Shown here in pieces: positions 61,715 to 64,000 of a stretch of 64,000 bases of DNA. The notes below the pieces were generated by a model, which worked only from the letters and a program-made list of their open reading frames with translations, was not told where the DNA came from and did no database searches. A program made the translations under genes and the position numbers. This DNA comes from Candidatus Latescibacterota bacterium. GTDB lineage: Bacteria > Latescibacterota > CBDEFO01. Location of the stretch: NCBI GenBank assembly GCA_965248755.1, contig OZ252149.1, positions 1,120,001 to 1,184,000 on the forward strand, in the 5' to 3' direction. Positions within the stretch are counted from its first letter, which is position 1. Every line of letters begins with the position of its first letter.

Positions 61715-62631
61715 TTACTGAGGATAAGACCCAAATCAAAAGGATAACTTTTCTGCTCCCCATCGCGACGCTGTGGGTGCGTGAGCTTGTCAGGTTTTAT
61801 CGGGATCGAAATCGTATGATCGGTGCTTTCGGACAGCCGGTGCTTTTCTGGATATTTATAGGATCAGGATTCGGCGCTTCCTTCCATTCGTCTTCCTTGC
61901 CAGAAGATGTAACCTACATAGAATACTTCTATCCGGGGACGTTGCTTTTGATCCTCCTCTTCACGGCGATATTTTCCACCATTTCCATCGTGGAAGATCG
62001 TCGGGAGGGATTTCTGCAGTCCGTTCTGGTCTCCCCCATCTCCAGATCAAGTCTCGTCTTGGGGAAGATCTCAGGAGGCGCCACGATGGCGCTCTTTCAG
62101 GGGATCCTTTTTCTGGCATTATCCTTCACTGTGGGGATTTCCACCACCCCGGCAAGCTTCATCTACACTGTGGGGACGATCTTCCTGATCGCCTTCGGGA
62201 TGACGGGTCTTGGGTTTTCCATCGCATGGTGTATGGATTCCACAGCCGGATTTCACGCCATTATGAACCTTTTTCTGATTCCACTGTGGCTCCTTTCCGG
62301 AGCGGTCTTTCCAATCTCTGGAGTTCCCTCTTGGCTTCAGGTTGTGATGTGGTTAAATCCCATAACCTATGGGATGGCCGCCTTGCGGCATTGTCTCTAT
62401 CTTGGACATCCGACGGGAGCCCTTCCTTCACTTTTTTTGTCTTTGACGATTACGATCCTCTTTGCTGTGGCGACCTTTGTTACCTCGCTGATTATGGTGA
62501 AACGTCGCATCACGGGTGGAACGCCCACTGCGAGGAGCCTCAACAAGTCTTTAAAGAAAAACATCAGGCAAATCTTTAAGCCAAAGGGGGATATTCACCA
62601 TGCCACGGATTGCTTGGATCGAGGATGTTGA
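61711..62631 (+). CDS. ABC-2 type permease
   Basis: YF.PG, EDRREGFLQSVLVSP, LSGAVFP, NPITYG. Confidence 0.9.
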   Translation: MITEDKTQIKRITFLLPIATLWVRELVRFYRDRNRMIGAFGQPVLFWIFIGSGFGASFHSSSLPEDVTYIEYFYPGTLLLILLFTAIFSTISIVEDRREGFLQSVLVSPISRSSLVLGKISGGATMALFQGILFLALSFTVGISTTPASFIYTVGTIFLIAFGMTGLGFSIAWCMDSTAGFHAIMNLFLIPLWLLSGAVFPISGVPSWLQVVMWLNPITYGMAALRHCLYLGHPTGALPSLFLSLTITILFAVATFVTSLIMVKRRITGGTPTARSLNKSLKKNIRQIFKPKGDIHHATDCLDRGC

Positions 62632-63178
62632 CGCTCGCGGGCAGCTTGCAGAACTCTTCGACGCATCCCGATCAAAGAACGGGCATGTGCCTGACATCTT
62701 ACGCACGATGAGCCTACGTCCTGACTTTTTAGCTGCGATAACGGATGCGGCGCGCCTGCACTTTTCTGATGGAGCACTCACCTGTGCCCAACACGAGATG
62801 ATTGCTTCGTACGTGTCGGCACTGAACCGCTGTCACTATTGACTCAGTAGCCACACGTGGTTCCTGCAGTTGCAGGGAGAAGAATACATCGAGACGGCAA
62901 AGGCGCTGCGCGACGGAGACTTGGACCAAGCGCCCGTAACCCCTGCGGAACGTCTTCTGCTAGAATTTGTTGGCACCTTGACGCGGCATGCGTATCGGAT
63001 TACCGACGAACAAGTTCAGGCCCTTCGTGAAGTGGGATGGACGGACGCGCAGATCGCAGAGGCGGTCTACGATGGGGCGCTCTTCAACCTGTTTGTGCGC
63101 ATCGCCGATGCCTTCGATATCCATCCTCCCGCTGAGATAGAGCCAGATGGCGTTCCGGATGCGGTAACACAGGAGTGA
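62600..63178 (+). CDS. AhpD/carboxymuconolactone decarboxylase-like peroxidase, probable selenoprotein (TGA at 62840-62842)
   Basis: ORFs 62600-62842 and 62870-63178 are in one frame: EMIASYVSALNRCHY-U-LSSH...L....GWTDAQIAEAV...ALFNLFVRIADA. Confidence 0.82.
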
Positions 63179-63294
63179 AGGTATCGGAGCTATTCTGAGG
63201 TGTCAGTCCCATCAGAGGAGACCAAAATGGAGAACCTTTATCAAATTGTGAAATTTCCACATATCATGGGCTTTGTATTCATGTCCGTTCCGCG

Positions 63295-63954
63295 ATGAAA
63301 AAAGAAAAGCTAATCCGAAATCAGCTCCTGTGGGGCATTCTGGTCCTGGTTCTGGTTGCAGTCGCGGCGATCTGGACCTGGAACAGCTTCGTAGAGTACC
63401 AGAGCAGGCGTCTTAAGCCACTGCCTGTCTACGGCCGCGTTCCGGAGTTTTCTCTGATCGAAAGGAGCGGAAGACCGCTGGGACTGAGCGACTTACAGGG
63501 AAAAATCTGGATTGCTGATTTCATCTTCACAAACTGCCAGGGTACCTGTCCACTGATGTCCTCTCAGATGTCCGCACTGCAGATCTCACTGGACAGGGCG
63601 GACGACGTCCTTTTGGTCTCCTTTAGCGTCGACCCCGAACGGGATACTCCCGAGGTTCTATCGGCGTACGCCGATCACTACCGGGCAAAGCAGGGCCAAT
63701 GGCTCTTTTTAACCGGAGAGAAAGGGGCAATCTACCGCCTCTCCAAGGAAGGATTCCACCTGGGCGTTGGCGACAATTTCGACAGGAATCCGGACGCCCC
63801 GGATATTATGGATTTGCCCATCGTCCACAGCCTCAGATTCGCACTCGTTGACCGACAGGGACAGATTCGGGGATACTACCACAGCACTGACACACAATTG
63901 CATCAGCGAATCTTAACCGACGTGGGAGTCCTGCTGAAGGAGGAGTCCATTTGA
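63295..63954 (+). CDS. SCO1/SenC copper chaperone
   Basis: DFIFTNCQGTCP, SVDPERDTPEVL, HSLRFALVD..G.IRGYY. Confidence 0.93.
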   Translation: MKKEKLIRNQLLWGILVLVLVAVAAIWTWNSFVEYQSRRLKPLPVYGRVPEFSLIERSGRPLGLSDLQGKIWIADFIFTNCQGTCPLMSSQMSALQISLDRADDVLLVSFSVDPERDTPEVLSAYADHYRAKQGQWLFLTGEKGAIYRLSKEGFHLGVGDNFDRNPDAPDIMDLPIVHSLRFALVDRQGQIRGYYHSTDTQLHQRILTDVGVLLKEESI

Positions 63955-64000
63955 TCTCCATCTCTGATCTGCCCACAGTCAACGCTACATTAAATGGCGT
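63951..64000 (+). CDS. DUF420-family protein, N-terminus (runs off window)
   Basis: TTG overlapping SCO stop; MISISDLPTVNATLNG; usual neighbour of SCO. Confidence 0.7.
   Translation, partial: MISISDLPTVNATLNG

Noticed and set aside
44762..62842. Alternative genetic code suggested by three in-frame TGAs (44762, 59713, 62840)
   Set aside because: TGA ends intact genes at expected positions (dipeptidase, pilT, ctaB, SCO); the first two cases lie in otherwise decayed sequences and not at Cys positions.
63227..63298. Short ORF MENLYQIVKFPHIMGFVFMSVPR with RBS
   Set aside because: Too short to call; could be a truncated membrane-protein start but cannot be supported.

Overview
Bacterial genomic window with three blocks; the taxon cannot be assigned from sequence alone. 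(1) 1-10054 is an accessory region built on the 3' end of a tRNA-Ala(GGC). A ~440-bp end module (tyrosine-integrase C-terminal stub, 11-bp-periodic putative arm sites, terminator and tRNA 3' half) occurs twice as a direct repeat. The two copies bracket ~8.5 kb of co-oriented, compositionally mixed cargo: M19 dipeptidase, secreted protein, CLC channel, Asp-box sialidase-like protein, sodium:solute symporter and IS remnants. No intact integrase is present in the window. (2) 13671-40715 (minus strand) is an unusual type IV pilus locus: pilins with an MG-only leader and no Glu5, PilC, PilB, PilT, a PilM-N-AMIN fusion, a PilO-P-like fusion, a short secretin, two cNMP-domain proteins and duplicated PilX-like genes (one frameshifted). 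It also holds a ~2,800-aa Ig-repeat lipoprotein gene split cleanly by an IS1380 element with a 5-bp target duplication. (3) 45632-64000 (plus strand) is a respiratory cluster: split cytochrome b6-type subunits with no Rieske gene in the window, an octaheme and a diheme cytochrome c, two cupredoxin-like proteins, an A2-type heme-copper oxidase with CtaA/CtaB/SCO/DUF420 and an ABC pair. It also encodes an AhpD/CMD-like protein with an in-frame TGA in a CxxU motif, a probable selenoprotein. A ~22-bp palindrome (TCCCCGATTGAATCTATCGGGGA) is scattered at least 8 times. All family calls are motif recognition by eye, not database searches.
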